From the NCBI GenBank assembly GCA_021613535.1, contig CP075493.1:10726001-10790000 (forward strand): 64,000 nt of DNA, in the 5' to 3' direction. The notes beneath the pieces were generated by a model. It saw only the letters and a list, made by a program, of their open reading frames with translations, was not told the DNA's origin and searched no databases. Made by a program: the position numbers and the translations under genes. Each line of letters starts with the position of its first letter. The first letter of the stretch is position 1. Of this stretch, positions 1-14,236 are shown piece after piece. The DNA comes from Adineta vaga. Taxonomy: Eukaryota > Animalia > Rotifera.

Positions 1-2379
1 ATGGATGAACCACTCGAATAACCCGTTGATGATGAACATGAAGATACTAAAATAGTAATTGTTAGAAAAGAAACACATATCAATGAAGATTTTCATTACT
101 ATATGAATGTGTTGGATGTTCATCAGAAGAGACGGATTTATTCGTTGATTGTAAAGATTTTAATTGTTGTTCAAGATCTATATTTGCTCGACGTTGATGA
201 ATTAATAATGAAAAAATAGTTCGACAAGTTTCAGTATCAGATACTTGGGATGGTGAATTTGATAATGAATGTTCTGTTGAACAAGGATAAGAATCAATTA
301 CATGTAATGCTTTATCTGAATCTGCCAAAGTATTATTGTTAGTTTCGGTGTCTAAAATAAAGGAGATTTCTTGATTTCTATTGACTTGATAGAAAGCTTA
401 TCGCGTATTTTTCCAATTTGTCTGCATTAGAATTATCTTTCTGATAATGTATATCAGCAAACAACAACAAAAAAGAACTTCCGTTGAAACTTTACATATT
501 AATCAACTAATCATTTGTGATTTAGAGTAATAATTTCTCTTCTCTACTTAATCTGTTTTTCGTGTTAGATTTCTTTTCTCATTTCTTATATCAATGCCAA
601 ACTAATCAGATAAACTATGAAAAATATACATAAATGTTGGCTTTTTTTTCTCCTGGCGAAGATTAATTGTAATTTAATAAAATAGATCATATCGATTGGC
701 ATGTAGTTTCTTTAGTAAGATTATCAGATGTACGTGTGTTGTTAAACGTTGACCTCGATGTTAATCAAAATGAAACGATTAAGTATTTGCCTTTTCTTTT
801 TTAAGATACGATCAGTAAAAACTCCTGTATTTTAGAAAATTTAATTATCTTTACCATCATTTGATGCATTCGGTTGTAATTGATCTGTAGTATTGCATGT
901 TATATTGGCATGAATAGGAACAGGTGTTATCAAATTTGTGACAGATGATGTTGTTTCACCGGATGGTTTTGTAATCGGTGAGAAACATTCGGTTAATTTC
1001 GGCATATTTGTACAAATCTAATGAAAAGATTTATAAATAGAAAGAAGTTTTGACGAAAACGGGAAAAAAACATAAGTACTTGTGCAAATGCTTGAAGTGG
1101 ATCGGGTGAAGGCGATGTTGATGATGTATTTCTTTGATTCGATTGTAGTCGCGCTGATCTTCGTACTTGTTCATTATTTTGTTCATTGATTTCTTTGGCT
1201 CGTATTTTATATTGTTGTTGTTGATCTTGTGTTAATGAATACCATTTTTCTCCGAGCATTTTCGATACATTCCGATTGTCATGATGTGGATTTTCAAGAT
1301 GAATTTTGCCTCGTTCTTCTTGAGAAAATAACATGAAAGCATTGATTGGACGTCGAGGAGACTTTTCTTTTGATGGTGTTTGTTCAGTTGAAAGTACCGG
1401 TGTTGTCGATGTTGAAGGAAGATTTGAATTTTGTTGTTTTTCTTTTAAAGATAAATGTCTTGAACAATAACTAAAACGTTGCGATTCTTTGGAACAATTT
1501 TTAAACGAACAAAGTCGTCGCCATTGTTTTCCATTGTATCGTTTTCGAACTTGCGAGTCCGTGACAATAATATCACCTTTACGATAAGATTTTTCTGTTG
1601 GTATATTCGTTGAAATGTTACTAAGTAAAGAATTTTTACCCGATAATGAATTTATAGAAGAATCTAGAAAAAGATAAGAATTCAATTTAATCAATAAGAT
1701 AATATTCGTACCATTTCGAGTATTTTGTGTAGGAAACAATCGTGTATGTTGCAGTACAGCATACCAATCAATTGAAAATTCTAAACATACGAGAAAGAAT
1801 ATGAAGAAGAAAATCTTGAAAATTTCAAAACAAACCATCATGCCATGGTGGTAGAAATAATCGAATCGCTTGTCTTGGTACACATAAACTTTCATTTTGA
1901 TCTGGAAATAAAATTTGAAATTTTCCTTCTTTTGTTTTTTCTGTTATAATTGCCATTTGATAAATCGGTGAATTTGATTGATTTTTACATAAAATATATT
2001 TTCCTTCCGTTAAATCTTGTATCGATGGTGCATTGTCAGATAAAATACCAAAAACATTGTCATAAACATTTATTTCAATAAATGTCTCATTAGTTTGAAC
2101 AGACAGACAACCATTAGAACCAATTTGATGAATTTTACCAGATATATATTCATTCGAATTTCTTTCGACAAGAACTGTTATTGTTTGCCAATCTTGAAAA
2201 TTATATTCACGCATCAGATGATTTAATTCGGAAGAGATTTTATTGGTATGATGATAATTATTTACTTGTTGTTGATCATCATGATGATGTGCTAGCCAGC
2301 GTTTTTTCAATGAAAATGTTTTTTGATCGTCTTCTATTGTTGTTGTTGTTGTTGTTGATGTTGATGATCGTCGTGACAT
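1..2379 (-). CDS. cic: Capicua-like HMG-box transcription factor (long-isoform type), 3' end off window
   Basis: Contains RLFLPPWHD, the N1-type motif [31 protein letters not shown] and the HMG box [42 protein letters not shown]. In-frame exons with GT-AG introns: 2379-1836, 1780-1712, 1663-1080, 1017-855, 351-100, 46-<1. Confidence 0.8.
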
Positions 2380-5300
2380 GATTAGATTTTGTTTATTTGA
2401 AAGAAATTTTCATCATATTGCAAATGAAAATAATACGATATATACCACCGGATTAAATAAAAAGTAAAAACGTGAATGATAGTTTGAAATAATGGAATGA
2501 TTTTCTTCGATAGTTGTCGTGTTATTGAAAAATGATTTAGAAGAAAAAAAATAAAATGTTTATCATCTAAAAATCAAATCGAATAGATCAAATGTTGCAT
2601 TTTCTTCCTTGTTCGCAATAATTAAACGAACATGATGAAACAAAACAAAAAAGAAAATAATAACAAGCATTTTTTTTCTTCTAACCATTTCGGAGACATA
2701 AACATCGACATTACACATTATTTTGACACTTGGCTAGATGGCGGCAAATGACGATACGTATTGTATGTGAGATTTTTCTTCCTATTTCTATTTCGAAATC
2801 TTATAGAAATAAAGAACACTCGAAATAAATTCATCACTCAATGTCAAGTAGTAAAAAAGAAGAAGAAGAAGAAAAAACGCGAGAGAATTCGATACTTTCG
2901 TTCTCATTATTTCCTACCTTTACTGGATATACTTCAAAGTTCGAAAAATCATTTTCTTTTCTGTACATCATATCAACAATTTTCAAAATTGAATTGAAAA
3001 GAAAGAAACGGAATTAACTTTAGGTTTCCTACTCGACATTAGTTTTTTTTTCATTTGAAAATTTTCAATCAGTTATCAAGTGATATTTATATTGAAATCT
3101 AAATCTATTTATAAAACACAAATCTTAAGTCCTATGTTAAATAGAGAGAGAGAGAGAGGGAGAAAGAGAGTTTGATCTTAAACACAAATAAATCGATCCG
3201 GTCGAACAGGGCAAACTTTTATAATCTAACCTCAATTTGAACCGAAAAAAAAAGAAACGTTTTCTTCTTTTTCTTTTTTTATTCAATCGGAAATCAAATG
3301 GAAATATTAATTACACAATCCCTCGAGGCTTTGTCTCGTGTGAAATAAAACACCTCTATCAATTTCATGAACATAACATCATCGAAATTAAATTCAGAGA
3401 TATTTGATTTTACAAATGTGAATAAAAGTTTTCTTCTCTTCTTCAATCAACGAAGTATATGTTTTGTTTCAAAGAAATGAAATTCTATTTCTTCCTAGGT
3501 GATAAAACTTACTTCTCATTTCTATGAAAAATGTGTTCATTTGATATACAGACACTCATTGATTGACTTAATGATATGCATGCATGTATACCATTACATT
3601 AACAACAAATAGAAATATTCAAACAAATTTTACAAAGAAAAAATGCCTTTAGGCAAACTATGTAAACTTTGTCAAATGTAAAAAAAAGCCGATGTATGTA
3701 CAAACACTTGACTAACTTTAAAATAAAATACAACATTTACTTACAAAATCCATATTTGTTTATGGTTAAATATCAAACAATCAGAGTTTTTTTCCTAGTT
3801 AGAATAGAATAATAATATACGTTGAAAGAACTAGATAATGGTTTGAACGTGACTAGAATAAAAACAATGCAGCAAAGACAGAAATGAAATGATATGAGAG
3901 TCATTTTAATTTCATCTGAACAATGGGATCAAAGAGTTTCTCTTCTATTTAAAATCTAGAAGTTTTTTTTTAATAAATAGATAAGATATGTCTATATATA
4001 TATATATATAAATAACTGTCGTCGTTTGACAGCTTTCATATATTTTATTGAAATATTCAACAACTAATTACCATAGATGTAAGCAAACTAAAAAAGAAAT
4101 ATTTCTTCTTCCATACTATCCAACAGATCGAAAATAAATCTTACCTCGATTTTCTTCTCATGTCTTTATATATCAACTATTCATGGTTATGTGAGACACG
4201 TCAGTCTCGTTTACTATTAATAGGCACTCCGTACATTTCATTCATTCATTCATTCGTTTCATCTCATCTCGGTAGTGGCAAAAGCACGACAGGCATCCAT
4301 CTCTCTTCTCTCTCTCTCTTTCTCTAATATATATTCCATTTGATTCCCCATACACCAATGCAAACGAAGGAGAAAAAAAGACGAAGAAGAAAGAAAGAAA
4401 GAAAAAGAGGTGAAATAACGTTCTTTTTTCATTCTTTCAATATGCCAAAAACTATTGATCATTGAGGAGCTCCTTCTCTGATCATTGATCCATTGGACAG
4501 TGGAGAAGAAAAAAACGAGCGAGAGACAGAGAAAAAAAAAGACAGGTCTGATGACAAATCGTTCTCAACAGACATCATACCCTTCATTGTCAATATATTT
4601 GAAAATGCATACGAACGTTTCCGGTCGAGATAGAATAAAATCAAAAAGAAATTGCCGGAATGAGAATATCACTAACGAGATGAAGAGATGTGTCTGCATA
4701 CATATACAGGAAAATGTGATAAAAGAAAACAGTTGGATTTCCGCAATTAGAATTATCAATTCTAATTGATTTTATCTTCAGTGAGAAAATAAATAATTCA
4801 CTCGGTTTTTAATATATATATGGTAAAAAGATTGCCTCGATTATACAATCAATCTCACGTTCTCTTACAATTGACTTTGCATCCCTGGATTTTCATCCGT
4901 AGATTGGAGTAAGGACAAAATCGAACACCTGAATCAATAAAGTAAATTTTCCCATATTTTCCCGATGTATGTTACATGAAATGTCAAATATATAATCAAA
5001 AAAAAAGAAGAAGAAGAAGAAAAAGAGAATTCGTTTTCTTTGTGTCATTTCTCTTTCTTTCTTTCTTTCTTTCTTACTAAAGAAAATGTGGTTCGAGGCA
5101 ATTATTCTAAAGAAGAAACTAGTTTAGAAAATAAGACTCATTTCTATTATGTCAATAGCTCTTCATACTGGAGAAATCTTCTTCATTGAACAAATTATAT
5201 TCTCAAGTATCAACATCGAGAGAGAGAATACATTTATAGGAAAAAGGAAAAGAAATCGGACTTTTTTCAATTAACTAATCAATGACTAAGCAAAGAAAAC

Positions 5301-7596
5301 TTTTACTTGCTTGCAATGATGATAAACTGATTGTTCCTCTTGATCATATAACTCCCACCCGTCTAGAGCAAATAGATTCTCAAAAGAAACGAAAGAATAT
5401 CTCTTATCATCAGTTTTTTTCTCAGTAGACTTTAACTGGCCTCAATAGATTTACTCGTTAACCTCAACAAACCGTACAAGTTTTCGAAATTTATGCGAAA
5501 GAAAAAGGGATTGCAATTAATTTAACGAAAAAGAAAGAAACGTTACTAGAGATTCTATGGTAATTTTACAAGTACAGTCATTACCAATGAAAGGACATTA
5601 CTTAATTTGACTTAAGAACAATTTGTCATAAAAATGTAATAATTTCTAGAAAATATTCATCATTAATTCTAGATATACGAAGAGAAAAAAATGTAATGAC
5701 CTTTAGTAAGTTTTTTTTCAGTAAAAAAACTGTAGAAGTTTTATACAATACATGATTTTTACGCATCGATCGTTGAAATATTGTAATTGATCGAACTAAT
5801 TTCTCGAGTCATCAAACGACAATAAATTACGTCCATGACAGACTCATATACACATGTACTTATTGTCTATCCTAGAAATAATCGAGAAAAAAAATATTAT
5901 CATTATATATAGTCAAGAACAAGTTTCTCATCATCATCATCATCATACAACATAAACTATCCTTGGCTACTCACATCAATGTACAAATATATATGTATGT
6001 GTGTATGTATGTAAAGTAGAGAAGGAAGATGAAGAGCAATAGAACGACAATACTGCGAATTCTTTTGACAATAACAAGTACATCGCATGAATGTCCTAGG
6101 ATAGAAGTATAATTAATAGCGACAATCTTCAAATAAAATAACAGACGATAATCTTCATTTTTCTTCCGAAGAAAGAAATTGTACAAATTTCATGTCATCT
6201 GAAATTATCTAATAACAAAAAAAAACAAATTGAGAAAGTCAATGTTTCTTACAGATAAATAATATTAAAAAATTGATTTCGATATTTGATAATGAAAAGT
6301 ACCGACCTGATGTATGTGCTCCATGAAATAATGATGATAAATATCTTTAATGATGAATAACATAGAATAATGTCAAGAAACAGGCTTTTACATTCATTTA
6401 TCGTTTTGCTTGTTTATCTTTGCCAAAATATAAAGTCTTTTTCCTCCTCTTCTGCCAGTGTATCAATTGGCAATATGTTAAGATAACGCCAATATGTGGA
6501 CATTTAGATATACGCATGTCTAGGCAATGAAGAACCATGTTTCAATATAATGATGTACATATGTATAAAGAAGAAAAGCAGAATGTATAGTACAGTAAGC
6601 ACATTCTGTAAGCATGATTGATTTTTCACTTTTCTATTTGTGTGCAAAATGTGCGCAAAACAGCATTTTCTCTCACGTTAAATGAGGTGAATATATATAT
6701 ATATATATGTATGTATATGCGTCTCTATGCCATGGGTGGTGTTTTCTTTCTTCTGTATATAAATATATGTGTATATGTATAGGGTGCATTTCTTCGGAGT
6801 AGATTGTGAAAATATGATAGAGTCAATAAGATCAACACAGCGTTATTCTCCGAATGATTGTTGTCAAATGTGCGGTTGTTTTGTAGAGAAGAAAAAAGAG
6901 TTTCCATATGGTTCTATAATATCATAGTTAAGCAAAGGATAGAGTGCAGTGCTTATAACATCGCAGAAGTCGATCGGTACAAAGCAGTTTGATCTTTCTT
7001 CTTTCATATTTTCTTCAAATAAAGACAATCAAATATGAACACGAAATATAGTAATTAACTCTGATGATGTCGCAGTGACCTGAAGAAGAAAAAAAGAAGA
7101 ATTTCGTCATCTATTTTAGATAAGAATTCTTTTATCCTAATATAAAAAAGACGAACAAGGACAAAGAGAGAAGTGTTTCTATATGTGTTTACATAAATGC
7201 ATATGTGACATGTATATATTGTTGATGAAATCTAGCAAATCATATCATCTAGTCGTATTCTATCGGTCAATGATGATAACAGAAAATGTCATTGGATGAT
7301 GTGTCAATGGAAAGTACAAAGACCTCAATGATAATTTACACATGTGTATAAGAAAAAAAGAAATGAAAAGAAAGAAAAAATCATCACATCATCATCTTCA
7401 TCGACTCTCAATTGTTTTATTTTGATTACGTACAGTCAATTTTTCTAATCAATTGAATTAATACCTTAAATATATTATGTGAAGAGAAAAAAAGTGTGCT
7501 GAAAAAGCTTCTTATCGAATATTAATATGATATTTTAATTAAGAGACTTTTGAAAAAGTTAAATTGAATTTCTTATTGTTTAATCGAAATCTTCTA

Positions 7597-7613
7597 TGAC
7601 CTGAATTTGACCT
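7597..7613 (-). promoter_or_regulatory. Perfect DR5 nuclear-receptor-type element (AGGTCA-n5-AGGTCA)
   Basis: Plus strand reads TGACCT gaatt TGACCT, in the long non-coding region upstream of cic. Function not shown. Confidence 0.35.
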
Positions 7614-8261
7614 CTAGTAAATTATTCTTTGTCTTTAATCAAATAGTGTACACTGTCTTCATCTTCTTCTAAAGCTAAGATTCAATTTCTATTAAAGATA
7701 AACATTTCATTTCCGCTTTATGAACTAATAATTAGTTCACGAGTTTTCTTTTCTTTCTATTTGAATGACTAATAAACTCTTAATCGATTTGTAAAAGTCA
7801 ATGAACATTTTCTTTGAAATGTTGTGAGACAAATCTTTATTTAACAAGCTTTTTCTTAATGATGGTTGAAAAATAAAGGAGAATAAAAATGACATTTAAA
7901 TACCGTTCTTGTTTGAAAAGCGAACCTTTGTAATTTAATCCCTTAGAATAGAAAAGCTCAACTTATTAAAAATAGCTTTGATATAAAGAAAAATCTCATT
8001 TAACAATCAATGATGATAATCGAATATCTATCTTTACTTTTGTTCTTCAAAAGAATCAACATAAAATATGTTAACTTGAGAAAACTTACCATCAATTTAA
8101 TTTTATCCGAGAATAATCTAGAATTTCTTCGTTTTTTTCAAGAAAACATATATATTTGATTTTAAGCTGAAAGAGAGAGAGAAGTGGTAGTTGTTGATGT
8201 CGACGCGTTTTGTAATAATGATGTTGTGTTGTATTGTAGTATATATTCGAATCACCACAAA

Positions 8262-8272
8262 GTACACACACT

Positions 8273-8308
<36 letters not shown>

Positions 8309-8405
8309 TGCACAAAGGCAAATCTTTTTTTAATAATGCATAAAGTTTAACTTGTATTATTCATGAAGAGAAAGAGGGAGAGAGAGAGAGAGAGAGAAGA
8401 GAGAA
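8262..8405. repeat. (CA)n and (GA)n microsatellites
   Basis: Imperfect CA run at ~8264-8308 and GA run at ~8366-8405. Confidence 0.85.
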
Positions 8406-9645
8406 AGGTAAATATCTTACACCACTATACACATTTGCCATCCAGCTGTTAGAAACGTTTCGTACATCAATACGACTTGATATGAGACACTTGATCGAGT
8501 TCAATTTGAGTTTTATGTCCAATATTCACTAAGTAAATCTGACATTGAAGTGTTGATATTATCATCAAAAGACAAGAATAGATTTGTGTATATATTCTAA
8601 TCAAAAAAAGAATATAAGAAAAAAAGACAAGATAAATCTTTCTTAATCGATTATTTGACATGGAAAGAAAAAAACAATATCGACATATATACCTCGAACT
8701 GACAAATTAATTCTTTTTTTTCTAGACCAACTTTTTCATGAGAAACTTCGTTTAAATAAGGTTTTTTTTTCATTTAATTTATTCGATTAATAATATATAC
8801 GTATACTTTCGTTAACAAATAACCTTATTTGAGAAGAGAATGTTTTCTTTCTTTTTTCAAGACATGTTTATTTCTCTCGCCTTCAAATAACTTTAATATT
8901 CGAAGCACTTGATTTTATTCATTCGCTTCTTTCTTTTAAAGATGAAAAGCCTTTAAAAACTTCTCATTTTTCTTCTCCCTATAGCACGTCTTTCTTCCCT
9001 TCTCTACTGAAATCTAATCATTCAATTTACTTCTCGTTGTTGTCAAAAGGTATAAAGAAGAAAAGAGAGACAAAATAAACGACCAACAAAGTTGACAATA
9101 TATGAATAGAATAGTAAGAAGAAGAAAAAAAGAACCCGAACAACACTTTACATATATACATCGAACAAATATTATTTTATTAGATCGATTCAATATAACA
9201 GCTCGACGATATTCATACCTTTTTTTATTCTCATTCCATGTCATTGATCCTTATACCAATATTCCTTCTCTCACTATTGCTCTGATTTTTCTTAGAAGCT
9301 TTTTTCGCATATTGACGTGCATGAATATATATATATATATGATCATGATCATCACCACCAACATTGATTCTAATCTTCAACTAAATCATTGATCCACAGA
9401 AAAAACGTCAAACTTACATATAAGAATAACTATACATACATACATACGTAGATACATACTTATACAAGAAGATATTCATACACAAACAACATCAAACAAT
9501 CGTCTTTTTTTATATCTTACGAAACAAAAAGAAAATGACTAGATTAGATTTGAATAGAAAATAAAGACTTTAGGACTATAAATGTGTATGATTGCCGTTT
9601 AGGGAATAAAATGTAAAACGAATTAATATCACTAGAAAATAGAAT

Positions 9646-12600
9646 TTAACGATAATTTCGATACATTGGATTTTCAATAGTTAATGGAATCGATGGTGTT
9701 GGTTCATTGGATCGACCGGGAAAGTTTGTATAACTGCCATTAGCCATACCAGCAAATGGATCATTTGTTTGATAACCAGTATTACTACCACTACCACCAC
9801 CATCTGTTACTGTTGATCCATAAGAAGTAGCGTGTTCATTACCATCTAATTAGTAGACAATATGAATACTGTTATACAATTCGAAAAAAAGATCATTTCA
9901 TACATTTATATGTTTCTTCTGTAGATGTTGGTTCTGCCCATGGTTGTTTTTCACCGGATGCAAATAAACCATAAAATATGACACCACCAAAATGTATTAA
10001 TGAAGCGATTAAAAATACGTGTGCCCATTCTTCACGAGTCTGAAAAAGTTAATACAAGAAAATATAGAACAAATAAGAAGATAAAAAAAAGTAGATAAAA
10101 TTTTACGCCATTTTTTGTCAAAAATTCTACTGTTACTGGACATAACATTCCAGCTAATGTACCAACACCATTGGAAATTCCCATAAGAATACTTGCATAA
10201 CGTGGAGCAATATCGAGATGATTGACATTGAATCCTAAGACAAACAGACATAAAGAAAGAATAAACAGAGATGATCTTTTATTATTTTGTTTTCTTATTA
10301 CCTGATATAGCAAAACCACTAAATCCTACGGCGATCGTTAAAGCAAAGATAGCTAATCGAGAAGTTTTTGCATAAGCAACAAGTAGAAGAAATACTGCTT
10401 CCATTCCAAAACCACCACAATTCATTATTTTTCGAACTGCTGTTGTTGATAGATAATTTGCTCGTAGATAATCAGCTAATTTTCCCGCAAATGGAACAAT
10501 ACAAGACATTGTCAAATGAGGTAATGCAGCCGAAAATGGATCCTAGATGATATATGAAAAAATATTTTTTGCTAAAAGAAAAACTCAATCGATATCAAAG
10601 TAAACAAACAAACCTTTCCAACTTTATAATCAAGTGCTTCGCGAAAATATTCGGCCTGAGAATTAATTAATAAATAAAATGACCATGAACGACAAAAATT
10701 AGCGACAATTATTGCCCATACTGGTTTTGAATGAAGAAATTCTCGCCAAGGTGGTTTAATCCAAGTCTAAAATTATTTAATCAAATTCATTATCTTTTAA
10801 TTTATGTTTGGATGTTGATGAAAGAGAAAAAACAAAAACTTATTTATGACACTCCTAGGAACTATAAATTGACTGAAGAATGTTCTGACATAAATCTTAG
10901 TAATATCCTTAAGTATCTTTGTAACCTTGATTCATATGGAAATACTAATGAGAAATGTTTTTCATTATTTTTGTGAATTTCGAGTTTAAATTTGACAGAT
11001 TCTACAGAGCACATCTATTTCTATATCTATATCTATCAATCTATCCTATATTCTCTTTATATTATATTTTCCGATATAAATTATTAATAAAATTTTCTAA
11101 GAAAACACGTTTTCTCTCATTAAATGTAGGGCACGAACATATTTTTGATGTTTTCTTATCCCTTTCGCAAAATAATGATAAATGAGTATCGTCTATTCAT
11201 AAATTCTAACAACAATAAATTACCTTATTAGCAATTGAACTTGCTTCGCCAATACTTTCTTCAATATAGATTCGTTCTTCTTCAGTAATCTTTGGATGAA
11301 TAGCAGGTCGTTCATAAGAATAATGCCACCAATATATTGACCAAATAATTCCAATCACCCCTAATGAATAAAACATAATTTTCTCAAAACAAAAACAAAT
11401 AGTTTTATTTTATCCAAATTTTTACCATAAAAATAGAAAGCCACCTGCCAATTCAAATATTCTGTTAGAATTCCAGAAAGTGGTATGCCAAGTACAGCTC
11501 CCGCATATGAACCTATATGAAGAAAAAGCACTCAAATATACGAATAAAAAACAATTAGTAATGATACAAACCAGTAAATGATATTGTCGCTAATGTGCTT
11601 CGTTCTAATGGTGGTGCCCACCATCTCCATATTCCATGTGCTGCTGGGTACGTTACACCCTAAGTAAAAAAGAAGAAATCCTTTTAACAAAATGAAACGT
11701 CAATATATATTCTTATACTTCAACAAGTCCCTGGAGTATTCGAAGAATCATCACTAAACCATAATGAACTTTGGCAGCCGATGGAATGAATAGATTGAGA
11801 AATGATGATATACCAAGTGCCAATCCAAATACACTAAATACGAACAAACAAAAATATAGGTTAATCATTTGAGAGAAAGAAGATTTTTCTTACTGATTTG
11901 CAGGAAATTTTGCTGCTAAATATCCACCGGGCACTTGAGTTATAAGATAGCCCCAAAAAAAAGAACTATCAACGATACCAATAATTCCTGGTGTCCAATC
12001 GAATTGAGCAAGCTATTGTAAAAGATTCTTATTTTATTAAATTTCAAATATGAATTCGCTTTTTTTCTTTTACTTTAATAAGTTTAACTGTTCCATTCGG
12101 TAATTTTTCTGTTTCATTATGTGTCATTGCTACAACACTAACACCCATATTACAACGAATACCGAATGATATAAGAAAACCTAAGGAACTAAGAAATGCA
12201 GTTTGATATCGTACAGGCATCGTTCTAATTGAATTAATAATTTTAAAACGGGATGGTACATATGAATTGTGTTTAGATGATGTTTCAAGAATTTTTTAGC
12301 ACGTCGACGAACATTTCCATCATCGTCATCAACTAATTCAGCATAGTCTGATTGTGCTTCAGGATTAGGACGTTGTAAAAACCTTTGAAAAAAATCTTCA
12401 TTTTTTATTATCATTTTGAATTGGCAAAGTAAGATAAGCATTGATTATTTTCAGTCATTATTTAAAGTAGTTTACCCAATCTCTCAAAAGTCAAATAAGC
12501 AGAAAGAAAAGAAATTGATTAAAATAATGTTTTTTTTTCCTCATTTTATTTATATCACACCAACCTTCTAGTCGTACGTAACTGACAAGCACAGAAATCA

Positions 12601-14236
12601 TGATATAGAAAATTTTTACACTTGACTTACTTGCAAACTGAAGAGTATTGCAAGAAAAAAATGCTAATAGTGTATTTATGACTTGAAGCTAGAGAACGAA
12701 CGAACTTCCGTCGATTCTATATTGCATATCTACAAGTCATTCATAAAAACTAGTGAATTCATTATTTTTTTTCGTGTTTCAAAGTACATGTTTTATAATT
12801 ATTGATTTCCCATCGAAAATGAATCTTCCTTTTACAAGAATCATTCATTTACAACCGGAAATATGAAATCTTTTTCTTTCTCTCTTGTATAATTCCAATC
12901 ACCTTTCCATTTTGATTTCCTTCCGACTATTAGCTATGTCAGATTCTAAGTAAAAACATGAGTTATCCATTAAATATTAAAAAACGGCAACAAGACTTTT
13001 CCATCGGCAATTCATTCTTCATATGAGAAGAGAATCTTTTCTCTGTATTACTAAGTTTTTTTCCTATCAACTGACCTACATTTATTTCAACTATAATTAC
13101 GATTAGTTTTTATTAGAGTTTTAATTAACTATTTGTTCTTTTCTTTTCTCTTCTCTTACACAAACACAAAAGATTCGAGGGAAAAAGTACTAAAAATCTA
13201 ATCTAAGATATAGATAGAACTCGAATTGATACGATTGAAAAACAATATGTTTCTTCTTTTCTATCATTGAATAACAAGAGATTAGAAAGATAAAACTCTA
13301 AAAAAAACACTGATGACTTCTATTCTTATGTTGATACAGGGAAAAACCAGATCGTTCTCAACATCATGGTATTCAAATATTGACAAAACATTCGCGATGT
13401 CTATTTCAAAGATAGAAAAGACAATCCTATAAAAATAAATTTTCATACCCATTGATTTTATCTAACACATTTTGTGTTGTATTTCGAGCAATATTTGTAA
13501 AATGAGAAATGTATTCCATAGTGATTTGTTGTTTAATACTAAAAAATACTAATCAATCACTTGTATTCAATACCATAATAATCGCGGCACATGTGCGTGT
13601 TATTATTTTCGTTGAATATCCATTGGAATTAAACAAATAATATTGAGATGATGATGAACGAGAAAAGTAACATTCTTCTTCTTCTTCTTCTTCTTCTTTT
13701 TTAATAATGTATTCACGCAGCTTGAGGAAAACGTTTTTTGTCGTAGAAAGAGAAAAAAAAAGGAATTTCTAACTAATTGATTTCGTCAAGTGACTTATAC
13801 GTGCACGTCTTCGACTTTATATTAATAATGTAGTTCTTCCAGTTGCACCGTTTCTAGAAACAGAAAACAACTGACAGTAATCCTAATCTTTCTTTATATT
13901 CATGTCTACCTGTAATTAACACTTAACTAAGCTCATATTGAAATCCACTGTTATTTGCTCAAGAGAGAAAAATGAAAAAAATTCATGGACAATATTCAAT
14001 GATAAAACTGGAGAGAAAGAGAGAGAGATTTCTTCTTTCTCTCTCTCTCCCTTCCTTCGCTCTTTCTCGGAATCCTTTTTTTTTTTCATTAATGAAATCC
14101 ACCAATAAACATCAACTAGAGTTTTGTGTTGAATGTCTATTAATCAATCATAGGAATATGTGAAAACTAGTACAGACAAGTTATTGAAACAACAATAACA
14201 ATAACAACTAAGATAGACTGAATGGTACCTGATCAT
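9646..14236 (-). CDS. VGLUT: Vesicular glutamate transporter (SLC17A6/7/8, eat-4-like)
   Basis: Spliced motifs [83 protein letters not shown]. Stop TAA at 9646. Core exons span 9646-~12383. The start exon (ATG ATC AG|gt, 14236-14229) is phase-compatible but tentative. Confidence 0.93.

Noticed and set aside
80-328. cic ending at 80 and lacking the C1 domain
   Set aside because: A 53-nt in-frame intron (99-47) bypasses the stop, so the gene continues off window.
2400-9600. Short ORFs in the long non-coding region
   Set aside because: Low-complexity F/K/I-rich translations of AT-rich DNA and microsatellites, with no motifs.
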